Positions 47,677-58,184 of a stretch of DNA of 64,000 nt are shown one piece after another. This DNA comes from Microcoleus sp. (GTDB lineage Bacteria > Cyanobacteriota > Cyanobacteriia > Cyanobacteriales > Microcoleaceae). The position numbers and the translations under genes are program-made. Position 1 is the first letter of the stretch, and the number at the start of each line of letters is the position of its first letter. The stretch spans positions 4,928,001 through 4,992,000 of the forward strand of contig CP181291.1 in assembly GCA_052279835.1 (NCBI GenBank), read 5' to 3'. The notes beneath the pieces are model-generated. The model was not told where the DNA came from and did not search any database. It was given only the letters and a program-made list of their open reading frames with translations.

Positions 47677-49464
47677 TCAAACATCCAGTTCGCCGTCAGT
47701 CCCGCCACCTCTGGCACCGGAATAAACTAAACCCCGCTGCATATCCAGCGTCAGCATAGTGCCGTCCCGAATCACCTGGGTGGCATTCTTCACGCCCACC
47801 ATCACCGGTACGCCCAAACGCAAACCAATAATCGCCGCGTGAGAAGTCAAACTTTCTTCCTCCGTCACCACACCTGCTGCTTTCCGAATCATCTCCACAA
47901 ACTCAGCGCTAGTATGGTTGACTACCAAAATGTCTCCTGGGTGGAAATTCGCCACATCCGCAGCAGTGTGAGCTACCCTGGCCATACCGCTGACTGAGCC
48001 TAGCCCCACACCGGTTCCCTTACCCAAAACGGCTGTCACTACCTCAACTTTGATCAAATCCGTTGAACCGGCTACCCCTTGCAGAGTACCGGCAGTCATC
48101 ACTACCAAGTCTCCGTCGGAGAGCAACTCTTTTTCCTGGGCGACATTGATTGCAGATTGAAATGTCTGACCCGTCGAGGGCAAATCTAGCACCAGCAGCG
48201 GTTTTACTCCCCACACCAGTTGCAGTTGTCTCGCCACGTCTACGTGGGGAGTAACTGCCAAAATCGGAGTTTTTGGTCGGAATTTCGACACATTTCGGGC
48301 TGTAGCACCGGTTTTGGTCAGCGTCATAATCGCCGCTGCATTCAATTGTTCGGAAATTTGGCTGACAGCTTGACTGATGCCGTTGGGGATCGATCGACCA
48401 ATATCTTCTACATTCCTAATATTGCCCCTAATTCCTTCTCTCTCGATCCGCACCGCAATTCTTGCCATCGTCGCCACTGCTTCTACCGGGAAGTCCCCCA
48501 CGGCGGTTTCGTTCGAGAGCATCACCGCATCAGTCCCATCGAGAATCGCGTTGGCCACGTCGGAAATTTCCGCGCGGGTGGGACGAGGATTGTGAAGCAT
48601 ACTATCGAGCATCTGGGTAGCGGTAATCACCGGAATTCCCATCCGGTTAGAAGTAGCAATCAGTCGCTTTTGCAAAATCGGCACGTCTTCTGCCGGCAGT
48701 TCTACTCCCAAGTCCCCGCGGGCAACCATCACTCCGTTACACAGGGCCAGAATAGCCTCCATTTGTTCGATCGCCTCGTGCTTTTCGATCTTAGCAATCA
48801 CCGGTACTTGCTTACCCGCACTGGCTATCAGCTCTTTAATTTCGAGCATATCCTGGGGATTCCGCACAAAGCTCAGAGCTACCCAATCGACACCTTGGTC
48901 GAGTCCGAACATTAAATCTTTGCGGTCTTTATCGGTCAGCGCTTTAATTGACAGGTATACTCCCGGAAAATTCACGCCTTTGTTGTTGGAAAGCGGTCCG
49001 CCGACAACAACGCGACAGTACAATTCCCGCGACACCCGGTCTACTTTTTCCACGCGCATTTCCACTTTCCCGTCATCTAGCAGAATCATCGCTCCCTCGG
49101 TCACTTCGTCTGCTAGAGGTTCGTAGGTGACTGAAGAAATCATCTCAGTGCCTGGAACTGGGCGGCTGGTTAAAATGAACGGATCGCCATTTTTGACCAC
49201 AATCGACCCTTTTTCAAAGCGACCTAAGCGAATTTTCGGGCCTTGGAGGTCTTGCAGGATTGCCACCGGCTGATTTAGTTCAAAGGATGTTTGCCGGATT
49301 AAGCGAATGCTCCGTTGGTGGTCTTCTTCTGAGCCGTGAGAAAAGTTGAGTCGCAAAGTTGTCGCACCTGCTTCTATGAGGTTCCGCAGCACTTGTGGAT
49401 CAGAGGTGGCTGGGCCAATGGTGGCGACGATTTTAGTCCGGCGTAAGGCTTTTGGCAGTTGCAT
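47677..49464 (-). CDS. pyk: Pyruvate kinase with C-terminal PEP-utilising swivel domain
   Basis: RRTKIVATIGPA, RLNFSHG, IAKIEK, MVARGDLGVE, ATQML, DAVMLSNETA; C-terminal TSHAAI. Confidence 0.96.
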   Translation of the reverse strand: MQLPKALRRTKIVATIGPATSDPQVLRNLIEAGATTLRLNFSHGSEEDHQRSIRLIRQTSFELNQPVAILQDLQGPKIRLGRFEKGSIVVKNGDPFILTSRPVPGTEMISSVTYEPLADEVTEGAMILLDDGKVEMRVEKVDRVSRELYCRVVVGGPLSNNKGVNFPGVYLSIKALTDKDRKDLMFGLDQGVDWVALSFVRNPQDMLEIKELIASAGKQVPVIAKIEKHEAIEQMEAILALCNGVMVARGDLGVELPAEDVPILQKRLIATSNRMGIPVITATQMLDSMLHNPRPTRAEISDVANAILDGTDAVMLSNETAVGDFPVEAVATMARIAVRIEREGIRGNIRNVEDIGRSIPNGISQAVSQISEQLNAAAIMTLTKTGATARNVSKFRPKTPILAVTPHVDVARQLQLVWGVKPLLVLDLPSTGQTFQSAINVAQEKELLSDGDLVVMTAGTLQGVAGSTDLIKVEVVTAVLGKGTGVGLGSVSGMARVAHTAADVANFHPGDILVVNHTSAEFVEMIRKAAGVVTEEESLTSHAAIIGLRLGVPVMVGVKNATQVIRDGTMLTLDMQRGLVYSGARGGGTDGELDV

Positions 49465-49873
49465 GAATTGAGATGGGGTGGCTGGAGGATTTATTGTGTA
49501 ATTTTCGGCTAACGTTTCATCTTTCAGTACAAGCAATGACGCTAGTTGTCTTAATTCTTAAAAATTTTTCGATCGTTTAGACCGCAGGTATTGACCAATA
49601 TATAGAATATCTGACTTTTTACCCATCGGTAATCTTTTCTTTTCGATCGCCAGATCTTCAAAATATTTTTCGTCCACTCCTTGACAAATATACAAATATA
49701 CCCATTTATTTTTTCGTAGTTTGCCAACAGCTTTGTGTGACTGTCCTTTAACTCGGATTTTGTGTACAGGACGGGCGATCGAGATTAGATACACTTATTT
49801 CACAAAACTTTACTATTGGGAGCCTTGTATCTTATACTACGCAAGTGTGAAATATTAAGGAGTGCTAACAAAA

Positions 49874-50764
49874 ATGTCGGAGGCAGGACGGCCGCTGACA
49901 GTGCCGAAAGAGTTTCTGAGTCCTCCAGGTGACTTCAATCCGACGCTGTTGCTATTTTTGAGTGCATTAGCGATTATCGTGATTTCATACTGGGGTTTCT
50001 GGTATGGGGAATGGCCCCAATGGTGCTGTTTTTTCCTGAATGTTCTGGCTTTGCACATGGCTGGAACAGTGATTCACGATGCGTCTCATAATTCAGCGCA
50101 CCGCGATCGCACCATTAACGCTATTTTGGGACACGGTAGCGCCCTGATGTTGGGTTTTGCTTTTCCCGTGTTTACACGGGTACATATGCAGCATCACGCT
50201 CACGTTAACGATCCAGATAACGATCCAGACCATTATGTTTCTACCGGCGGGCCTCTGTGGTTAATTGCTGCGAGGTTTTTTTACCACGAGATTTTCTTCT
50301 TTAAGCGCAAACTGTGGCGAAAAAACGAACTTTGGGAATGGTTTTTCAGCCGTTTATTTGTGATCGGAGTGGTGTATATCTCCATTCAATACGACCATTT
50401 AGGTTACGTGCTGAATTTTTGGTTTTCTCCTGCTTTAGTGGTGGGGTTAGCCTTGGGGTTATTTTTTGATTATTTGCCACACCGTCCATTTCACGAGCGC
50501 GATCGCTGGAAAAATGCCAGAGTATATCCTAGTCCAATTCTAAATATCTTAATTTTGGGTCAGAATTATCACCTGATTCATCACCTGTGGCCTTCAATTC
50601 CTTGGTACAATTACAAGCCAGCCTATGAAGCTGTCAAGCCGCTATTAGATGAAAAAGGTTCTCCTCAAAGTTTGGGAATATTAGAAGGGAAAAAGGACTT
50701 TTGGAGTTTTATATATGACATCTTTTTAGGGATTAGGTTGCATCACAAAAAAGCGTCTGATTGA
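49874..50764 (+). CDS. crtR: Beta-carotene hydroxylase
   Basis: HDASH, RVHMQHH, NYHLIHH; typical CrtR sequence (VNDPDNDPDH, FFDYLPHRPF). Confidence 0.92.
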   Translation: MSEAGRPLTVPKEFLSPPGDFNPTLLLFLSALAIIVISYWGFWYGEWPQWCCFFLNVLALHMAGTVIHDASHNSAHRDRTINAILGHGSALMLGFAFPVFTRVHMQHHAHVNDPDNDPDHYVSTGGPLWLIAARFFYHEIFFFKRKLWRKNELWEWFFSRLFVIGVVYISIQYDHLGYVLNFWFSPALVVGLALGLFFDYLPHRPFHERDRWKNARVYPSPILNILILGQNYHLIHHLWPSIPWYNYKPAYEAVKPLLDEKGSPQSLGILEGKKDFWSFIYDIFLGIRLHHKKASD

Positions 50765-50765
50765 C

Positions 50766-50800
50766 AAAAACCCGGTTTCTCCAAGAAGCCGGGTTTTTTA
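50766..50800. terminator. Bidirectional terminator-like hairpin between crtR and aroH
   Basis: AAAAACCCGGTTTCT-ccA-AGAAGCCGGGTTTTT. Confidence 0.65.
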
Positions 50801-50873
50801 GGTAGAAGCGTCCGTAAGTCTTGTATAAAAAAAATCAACCAGAATGCGATCGCTTCTCTAAGCCAAAAATTTA

Positions 50874-51266
50874 TTATTTCTCCCCAGCCACCGCAACTGC
50901 TAAATTCCAATCCGGCCGCAAATTTTGAGCTCCCCGCAAATAAGGATGATAAATTTCGGTATGTGCTGGCCAATTGACGTGAATTAAAAACCGGATGCAA
51001 CGTTCCAAAGCACCCTGGACATACATCTGCTGCACATCCAATAAGGGAACATTACACCAACGGGGACGTTCGCGGGCGATCGCGGCAGGAAACACAGCAT
51101 CTAAATCACGAGTGACAGAAAACGTAGCACTAATAATTAATTCAGGATCTAAATGATTTCTTGCTTCTAATTCATCTAATAATTCTCTCACCGCATCTCG
51201 AATTGCTTCTACCGAATTGTCGCTGGCAGTAGTTGCCCCGCGAATCGCCCGCACTTGCCATTCCAC
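50874..51266 (-). CDS. aroH: Chorismate mutase, AroH class (start uncertain)
   Basis: VRAIRGATT, DLDAVFPA, VPLLDVQQM, RCIR, YLRGAQNLRPD. Confidence 0.92.
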   Translation of the reverse strand: MEWQVRAIRGATTASDNSVEAIRDAVRELLDELEARNHLDPELIISATFSVTRDLDAVFPAAIARERPRWCNVPLLDVQQMYVQGALERCIRFLIHVNWPAHTEIYHPYLRGAQNLRPDWNLAVAVAGEK

Positions 51267-51299
51267 GCAAATATTCTCCATTTTTTTGTTATTAGTCTG

Positions 51300-51480
51300 T
51301 TGGTTATTAGTCATTAGTCATTAGTTATTGGTCATTAGTTATTTGTCATTAGTTATTCGTTAGCTGTTAGGTATTTGCGATCAGCAATCTTGACTTGTTA
51401 GCTAATGACCGCTGACTGCTGACTGCTGACTGCTGACTAATGACTAATGACCGCTGACTGCTGACTAATGACTAATGACC
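51300..51480. repeat. STRR heptamer tracts (TCATTAG, TGACTGC, TGACTAA)
   Basis: Directly visible. Confidence 0.85.
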
Positions 51481-51491
51481 AATTTATTTAA

Positions 51492-52310
51492 TCACGGGCG
51501 ATACAGCCACAGTGGCAAACCACTAGCAGACAGCTCGAATTCCAGCCAACTTTTGTAAGCTGAAAGCCCCGATGTATCCAGACTACTCCCCAAGACGCGA
51601 TTTAGGAAAGGTTTTGGTTTTTCCAGAGTGCACAACTCAGTTTTTTCCGGGTCAAGTCCCGCCAGTTCGGCTGTATGGCGACGGGCATCCTCTTGAGTAC
51701 CCAATCTATCCACCAAACCCAACTCTAAGGCTTGCTGGCCCGTGAAAACACGACCATCGGCAAAACTTTTAACTTGTTCAATAGGCAGTTTCCGGGCGAA
51801 GGCCACTGTTTCTATGAATTGCTGATAGCTGGTGTCGATCAAATCTTGCAAAATTTGCTGTTCTGGTGGAGTTAATTCGCGATCGAATGACAAAATATCT
51901 TTATATGGCCCAGATTTGATGACCTTAAAAGAAACACCGACCTTTTCCAATAGCCCTTCTAGATTATTACCCCGGATAATTACACCAATGCTACCGGTAA
52001 TCGTACCTGGATTAGCCACGATATATTCGGCACCCATACCGATGTAAACTCCCCCAGAAGCCGAAATATTGCCAAAACTGGCAACTATTTTGACTTTTTC
52101 GCCCAAACGCTTCAGGGCGCTGTAAATTTCCTGGGAATCCCCCACAGTGCCACCAGGAGAGTCTATCCGCAGCAGCAAAGCAGGAAATTTGCGTTCTTCA
52201 ACAGTTTTAAGGGCTTCTAGAACTCGTTTGCGGGTTTCTCCAGCAATGGCGCCAGTGATTTCGATGTGAGCGATTTGTTTACGGTAGCGAGGCTTGAATG
52301 GCCAAATCAT
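51492..52310 (-). CDS. sppA: Signal peptide peptidase SppA, short form (S49)
   Basis: RIDSPGG, SASGGVY, TGSIGV, SGPYKD, DGRVFTG. Confidence 0.92.
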   Translation of the reverse strand: MIWPFKPRYRKQIAHIEITGAIAGETRKRVLEALKTVEERKFPALLLRIDSPGGTVGDSQEIYSALKRLGEKVKIVASFGNISASGGVYIGMGAEYIVANPGTITGSIGVIIRGNNLEGLLEKVGVSFKVIKSGPYKDILSFDRELTPPEQQILQDLIDTSYQQFIETVAFARKLPIEQVKSFADGRVFTGQQALELGLVDRLGTQEDARRHTAELAGLDPEKTELCTLEKPKPFLNRVLGSSLDTSGLSAYKSWLEFELSASGLPLWLYRP

Positions 52311-52526
52311 GGGCAGTTTTCGCGCAATGTGAAATTGTGTAGCTAACTTATAGTGTGCCTTATCCGAAGGAAGAACGAAGCAGGAACAACGAAGAAGTTA
52401 CCCCCCTACCCCCACAGAGTCCGATCGCACTTCATCCAACATCAATATATAATTGTAAAAATTGCTTAACAAAACTACATCATCCCCACGAGAGTCACTC
52501 TCATCAATTATCAGGAGCCCTCCGCC

Positions 52527-53600
52527 ATGCAGCTAAAAATTACCGATTCCAAACTGCCTTTCGCGCCGCTGTTACTAATTGCGCCGTTTTTCCTGTGGGG
52601 AACCGCCATGGTAGCCATGAAAGGAGTCATGCCCCACACGACTCCCCTGTTTGTGGCTGTCGTGCGTTTGATGCCGGCTGGCGTGTTGGTGCTCCTAGCC
52701 GCCGCCTTTATGGGAAAATCACAGCCCCAGGGTTGGAAAGCTTGGCTGTGGATTTCGTTGTTTGCCTTAGTTGACGGTACTTTGTTTCAAGGCTTTTTAG
52801 CAGAAGGTTTGGCCAGAACCGGTGCGGGTTTAGGTTCGGTGATGATTGACTCTCAGCCGCTAGCTGTGGCGATATTGTGTTTGTGGCTGTTTCAAGAAAA
52901 AATCGGTTTTTGGGGCTGGTTGGGATTAGTTATTGGCGTGATTGGGATTAGTTTAATTGGGTTGCCGGATAGCTGGATTTTGGGACTGTTTCATCCTGAA
53001 AATGTCCAGGTTTCTGCTGATGTCGGACAGTTGTTTGAGGGTGGAGAATGGCTGATGCTGTTAGCGGCATTGTCGATGGCTGTGGGAACAGTTTTGGTGC
53101 GCTGGGTTTGCCGCTATGTTGACCCGGTGGTTGCGACTGGTTGGCACATGATTTTGGGTGGTTTGCCGCTATTGGCAATTTCGGCTGCAACAGAATCTGA
53201 GCAATTTGTCAATATCGATTTTTCCGGCTGGATGGCGTTAGGTTATTCTACTGTGTTCGGAAGTGCGATCGCCTACGGTTTGTTCTTTTATTTTGCTTCC
53301 AGCGGCAGTCTCACCAGTTTAAGTTCTCTTACCTTTCTTACCCCTGTTTTTGCCTTACTGTTCGGCAATTTGTTTTTAGGCGAAGTGCTAAATCCGCTGC
53401 AATCCATGGGAGTTGGGTTAACTTTAGTGAGCATTTATTTAATCAATCAGCGGGATACTTTGGCTGATAAATGGCGAAAAGTGCGCGACGGCGAACCAAA
53501 TGCTGAGGAAGAAGCTACAGGTTTATTAGAGTCCTCTGAATTGAATCCTGTAGAGTTGCCGGTGCAGTTGCGGGTTAGCGAATTGGAGTCGGAAGTTTAG
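52527..53600 (+). CDS. DMT/EamA family transporter
   Basis: ~10 TM segments, two EamA repeats (FLWGTA, SQPL, FLTPVFA, LGEVL). Confidence 0.9.
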   Translation: MQLKITDSKLPFAPLLLIAPFFLWGTAMVAMKGVMPHTTPLFVAVVRLMPAGVLVLLAAAFMGKSQPQGWKAWLWISLFALVDGTLFQGFLAEGLARTGAGLGSVMIDSQPLAVAILCLWLFQEKIGFWGWLGLVIGVIGISLIGLPDSWILGLFHPENVQVSADVGQLFEGGEWLMLLAALSMAVGTVLVRWVCRYVDPVVATGWHMILGGLPLLAISAATESEQFVNIDFSGWMALGYSTVFGSAIAYGLFFYFASSGSLTSLSSLTFLTPVFALLFGNLFLGEVLNPLQSMGVGLTLVSIYLINQRDTLADKWRKVRDGEPNAEEEATGLLESSELNPVELPVQLRVSELESEV

Positions 53601-53676
53601 CAGGTAGAGAAATTTATGGAAAATTATTGATTAGTTCTTGAATCAATTGAGTTGGAGTTACAATACTAGGAGTAGT

Positions 53677-53782
53677 AATATCGTTGACCGTTGCATTGGA
53701 ATAATTTAACCACAGAGAACACAGAGAACACAGAGAGATGAGAAAGAAATGAATAATTCCGATGAAGAGAGTAATTGATATA
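53677..53782. repeat. ~105-bp MITE-like dispersed element (copy 2)
   Basis: Reverse-complement homolog of 26961-27066. Confidence 0.7.
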
Positions 53783-53836
53783 ACAGGAAAATCTCGCGGG
53801 TGGCGGGTAACAATGGCATCAATTTGATTAACTATA

Positions 53837-55506
53837 TAGGGCTTGCTGAATAATCGATCGCACTTGACGTGGCATGGATTAAGAACTGGTGCGATCGACA
53901 GTCAGGTGCAAAAAAAACAGGTAAAATAGATCAAAACTCGTGCATCACCATCTGCGATCGTGTATCGAAAAGCTGAGCTTGCTCACCCCTCACCCTCCGA
54001 CTTTGAACTCCCCTCATGTGGAAAGTTGTCAGCAGATAACCGTTGGGTAAAAATGGCCCAAATAATCCCGTGGTCTGAATTTGAATCAGAATATGCGGCC
54101 AACTTCCCCACAGAAAAGGGGGCTCCTGCTAAATGCTTTAGGATGGCATTGGGGGCATTAATTATTAAAGAAAAATTAGGAATTAGCGATCGTGAAACAG
54201 TAGAACAGATCCGTGAAAACCCCTATCTGCAATACTTCATCGGTCAATCAAGCTACAGCAACGAACTCGCATTTGACCCATCACTCTTAGTACACTTTCG
54301 GCAACGAATTAGTCCCAATCTAATTAATCAAGTGAACGAACGCATGGTCAAAAAAATGCGAGAACTCACGCCAGTCAAACCTGAAAAAAAAAAGGATCCG
54401 GACGCCAAAAATGAGTTATCCAATCGCGGCCAATTGATCGTAGATGCAACCTGCGCCCCAGCCGACATTAGTTATCCGACCGACTTAGGACTATTAAACA
54501 GAGCCAGAGTTCATACAGAAAAAATCCTAGACATTCTGTATAAACAAATTAAAGAAAACACCACTAAAAAACCAAGAACCTACCGTAATCTAGCGAGGAA
54601 AGACTACTTAGCAGTAGCCAAACAACGACGACCGACCAAAAACAAAAAAAGACAAGCAATTAAAAAACAACTTCAATACATAAAAAGAAACCTAGCTCAT
54701 ATTGAACAGCTAATCGATTCAGGTGCGAGCCTAGAAGCTCTGAATAAAAAGCAATATAAAACCTTGTTAGTCCTGACAGAGGTCTATCGCCAACAGCAAT
54801 GGTTATTTGACAATAATAAACAGAGTATTGAGGATAGAATAGTAAGTTTAAGCCAACCCCATATCCGTCCCATAGTCAGAGGAAAAGCAGGAAAAAGCGT
54901 AGAATTTGGAGCCAAAATATCAGCCAGTTGTTTTGAGGGATATGTATTTTTAGACCGGATGAGCTGGGATAACTTTAACGAATCAGGGGACTTAAAAACA
55001 CAAGTAGAAGCATATCATAAATTCACAGGGTATTATCCAGAGTCAGTTCATGCAGATCGCATTTACCGAAATCGGGAAAACCGAGCATGGTGTAAAGAAA
55101 AAGGCATTAGGCTGAGTGGGCCGCCATTAGGAAGACCGCCAGCAAATGTGAGTAAATCAAAAAAGAGGCAAGCGTTGGAAGATGAGAGGATTAGAAATGC
55201 CATTGAGGGCAAGTTTGGGCAAGGAAAACGAAGATTCGGTCTCAATCGAGTGATGGCAAAACTTGATAATACATCTGGTACAGTTATTGCAATTACTTTT
55301 TTGGTAATGAACCTTGCTACCTGGTGGCGCCGGGTTTTTTGTGTGTTTTTATGTCTATTTGGAAAAAGAACACCTGTTTTTGGCTTGAATATAATCTACA
55401 ATTATAACTGGGTGGAATCAATGCCGAAACAACTTATAGTTAACTCTGCTTGAATATATCGATCGCTCCTGCTCTTGGTTGGCGATCGATTATTCAGCAA
55501 ACCCTA
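53837..55506 (+). mobile_element. IS5-family insertion sequence with intact ends
   Basis: Terminal IRs TAGGG(C/T)TTGCTGAATAATCGATCGC at both ends; TATA on both flanks (53833-53836, 55507-55510) as probable target duplication; exact boundary ambiguous by 2 bp. Confidence 0.9.
53960..55453 (+). CDS. IS5 family DDE transposase
   Basis: IRENPYLQYF, IVDAT, RPIVRGKAGKSVEFG, ADRIY, RNAIEGKFG. Confidence 0.93.
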   Translation: MYRKAELAHPSPSDFELPSCGKLSADNRWVKMAQIIPWSEFESEYAANFPTEKGAPAKCFRMALGALIIKEKLGISDRETVEQIRENPYLQYFIGQSSYSNELAFDPSLLVHFRQRISPNLINQVNERMVKKMRELTPVKPEKKKDPDAKNELSNRGQLIVDATCAPADISYPTDLGLLNRARVHTEKILDILYKQIKENTTKKPRTYRNLARKDYLAVAKQRRPTKNKKRQAIKKQLQYIKRNLAHIEQLIDSGASLEALNKKQYKTLLVLTEVYRQQQWLFDNNKQSIEDRIVSLSQPHIRPIVRGKAGKSVEFGAKISASCFEGYVFLDRMSWDNFNESGDLKTQVEAYHKFTGYYPESVHADRIYRNRENRAWCKEKGIRLSGPPLGRPPANVSKSKKRQALEDERIRNAIEGKFGQGKRRFGLNRVMAKLDNTSGTVIAITFLVMNLATWWRRVFCVFLCLFGKRTPVFGLNIIYNYNWVESMPKQLIVNSA

Positions 55507-55530
55507 TATAGGACATCACAACCTGCTGAA

Positions 55531-55753
55531 CTACCAGTCATCTTCAACAACAATCTTAATGTCTCTGCTTTTAATCTCTTCTATAAAAATTTTAAAACTA
55601 GGATTTTCTGCATAATTTTTCATCAAAACTTTATGCTTGCTATATTGTTGGGAAATTTCCCGATAATATTCAGGTTTTTTGGCATGAATTGTAAAACCAT
55701 GTTTCTTTCCAAGCTCCCTATTTAACGTAGGTAATTAATCCAAAATTAGTCAT
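55531..55753 (-). pseudogene. Internally deleted remnant of the ATPase partner gene
   Basis: MTNFGLIT starts 1 bp after the ATPase stop and quickly hits a stop; another frame reads TLNRELGKKHGFTI...NPSFKIFIEEIKSRDIKIVVEDDW*. Confidence 0.55.
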
Positions 55754-55754
55754 A

Positions 55755-56937
55755 TTAAAAATTCTTAGGAAGTCCGCCGATATAGCCCCTCAAAAAAGCC
55801 TCGGATAGTTTTACAGGTTCCTGTCTTTCCAGAGGTTCAGGTTTGAGAATACGTCTAGCTTTAGTATGACCTAATTGGTTGCGGGAAATCACAAACAGCC
55901 GCTGTTCATCATCATCTAAATCTAAACCATCCAAAACTGCCGGGTTGTGGGTTGTGAATATAACTTGTTTATCATGCTTTTTTGCTAATTCGACTAATTC
56001 TTGGATTAACCTGCGGCATAATCTGGGGTTTAGGGAAGCGTCAATGTTATCAATTGCAAAAAATTTAGGTGTGATATCGCTAATAAATAAAGCCAAGTAA
56101 AAAAGCAAAAATAAAAAGCCTTCATTAGAACTTCGTTGGTCGAAGTAAGCTAAATCTGGATCTAAGTATCTATCTTTAATTTGGAGAGAGTTCTGAATAT
56201 TGGATGAATTTGGAGAAGCTTCAAAATCTTGAAACCAATCTATCAATTTCAGTTTTTTCTTGATTTCATTAAGTGGCTCTTGGTTTTCATCTGAATTCAA
56301 TACTTTTAAAAGTTTAAATAAACCTTCTCCATTGATGCCTAATGGTTGTATTTGCCCCTCTTTTTCAAAAGTTCGTAATGCTTGGTTTTCAGGAGAATAA
56401 ATTATAAATTTATTTAAATAAATAAATTGATTAAATGATGCTGTATCCTCTTTAAATTTCAATAATTTTTGTTCTGAGAAATCCGTTTTTTCTTCTAAAA
56501 TAGATCTAATTTTGTCTTCCCCCCCCGTATTTTTGAATAACAATCTTAGCATAATTCCTTATAGAGGTTTCAATATCACCCAAAAAACTTCTACTAACCC
56601 ACTGAGAATAGGGAGAATTATCATTTTGTAAAATACAACTGAAAGGTTGTCCCTGATTCCCTATTAACTCAATTTTAATATCTTTATCCAAATTCTCAAT
56701 TTCAAAAGCCGATCGCATAAATTGAGGTTCTGTCACCCTAATCCCCCTAGATGCTAGAAACTCGTTATCCAGTTTATCATCTGCCGCCGCAGAAGCTAGG
56801 GCGATCGCCTCTAATATATTACTCTTGCCACAACCATTTTCACCTATCAATACAGTGACTCGCCCTAACTCCAGTTTCAGTTTATGAATAGATTTGTAAT
56901 TTTCTATTTTCACTTCTTGCAGCATAGTTTTCTGCAT
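55755..56937 (-). pseudogene. ABC-type (AAA_15/AAA_21-like) ATPase split by a frameshift in a G8 run at 56519-56526
   Basis: N-part has IENYKS and GENGCGKSN; C-part has SNEG signature-like, FAIDNID Walker B and FTTHNP; G7 would give continuous IQKYGGEDKIRS. Confidence 0.8.
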
Positions 56938-56955
56938 TACTCCTAGGATTAATGA

Positions 56956-57444
56956 CTAATATTGATCGGACTTCGGCTTCTTCACCTGGGAACTCAAAAA
57001 ATAGGTGAGGGAAGCGATTATTAAAGCGATACTAGCTCCTAACGGCAGAATATTTGCGATCCCATTCCACTTCACCACCTCAGACAGAAACAATACACTC
57101 AATACCACTACAATCACGCTGGTGAGTTTGCTTTTCAGGTCGTCGATGGTGTGAATTTCCAGCCAGTCTGGTACTTTGATGCGCTCGTCAATAAACAGCT
57201 CGTAAAGTCCAAGTGCTGTAATGTAAAATACTGTAGCGAGGAGAAATAAATCTACAACTTCGATGAAAGACAGAACCAGTTTTTTCGAGTTCTCGCTCGA
57301 TACCGATCCTGAATTTAAAGCATAAACTATCGTGCTAACAGTTTCAGCCGCACCGTAGATCAAGAGAGTGACAGAGGCTGCGAAGGAACCTAGCACAGCG
57401 ATTAACATTAGATAGCGACTTTTGGCAAGAATTCGATGAAGCAT
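56956..57444 (-). CDS. YqhA/UPF0114 family membrane protein
   Basis: SRYLMLIAV, IEVVDLFL, GLYELFI, WLEIHTIDDLKSKL. Confidence 0.85.
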   Translation of the reverse strand: MLHRILAKSRYLMLIAVLGSFAASVTLLIYGAAETVSTIVYALNSGSVSSENSKKLVLSFIEVVDLFLLATVFYITALGLYELFIDERIKVPDWLEIHTIDDLKSKLTSVIVVVLSVLFLSEVVKWNGIANILPLGASIALIIASLTYFLSSQVKKPKSDQY

Positions 57445-57642
57445 ACTTGATATCCAGCCTGGAAATGTTTTGAGCAAAAAGCGCTCTCAGGCATACCTGT
57501 TTCTTTACTATATCAGAGTTCAGCCGATCGCGCCAACCTTTGCTTTCCACCAGCTAGCATTTTAACAGAAGTAATTATTTTGCTAAAAGATTGATTGCCG
57601 ATCGCACTTGGCACATCGCCCCTTGATACAAATAACTACAAA

Positions 57643-58011
57643 TCAGTCCTGAGTGTCCACAAAAACTGTCACCGCAGCCACCGCAATCAACATTTCATCA
57701 TTTTTATCATTCAGAGAGGCGATCGCCCTTCCAGCCACCACCATCCCACCTTGCTCAACTATCAGAGATTTTTCCCCAAAAGGCAATACTGCCAAAACCT
57801 CATCCCTTCGCACTTGTTCCGGGTAAGGAACCGCCACCTTTACCTCCACAATCATTTGATTTGGATCGGTCAAACCCGCCACTTCCCAGACACCTAGTAA
57901 AGCATTATTGGCGATCGCATTTCGTACAGCCCTAGCCGCCGCTACCGTCGGTTCTTGCCCGTGCTGGTCGATACCCATGCCCATTTCAATAATAAAACAT
58001 TTCCGCGCCAT
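57643..58011 (-). CDS. Lin0512 family protein
   Basis: IIEMGMGIDQHGQEPTVAAARAVRNAI, VLPFG. Confidence 0.85.
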   Translation of the reverse strand: MARKCFIIEMGMGIDQHGQEPTVAAARAVRNAIANNALLGVWEVAGLTDPNQMIVEVKVAVPYPEQVRRDEVLAVLPFGEKSLIVEQGGMVVAGRAIASLNDKNDEMLIAVAAVTVFVDTQD

Positions 58012-58184
58012 AGCTACCTCTTTATTTGTAATTTAACCAAATCTTTCCCAAAACAATTATCAACCAAAAGGAGATAACTTTTTAAAGTTTTACAATTCTC
58101 TTAAACAACAAAATAATAACTTATGGTAATATAACCAAATTCACCTTTCCTCGCGGACTGAAAAACTCATCGCTAGCTTGAATC

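Noticed and set aside
48220..48915. 231-aa + strand ORF
   Set aside because: It is an antisense shadow of pyk.
55450..55725. + strand 91-aa ORF after the transposase
   Set aside because: It spans the IS end and is antisense to the partner-gene remnant; no coding support.
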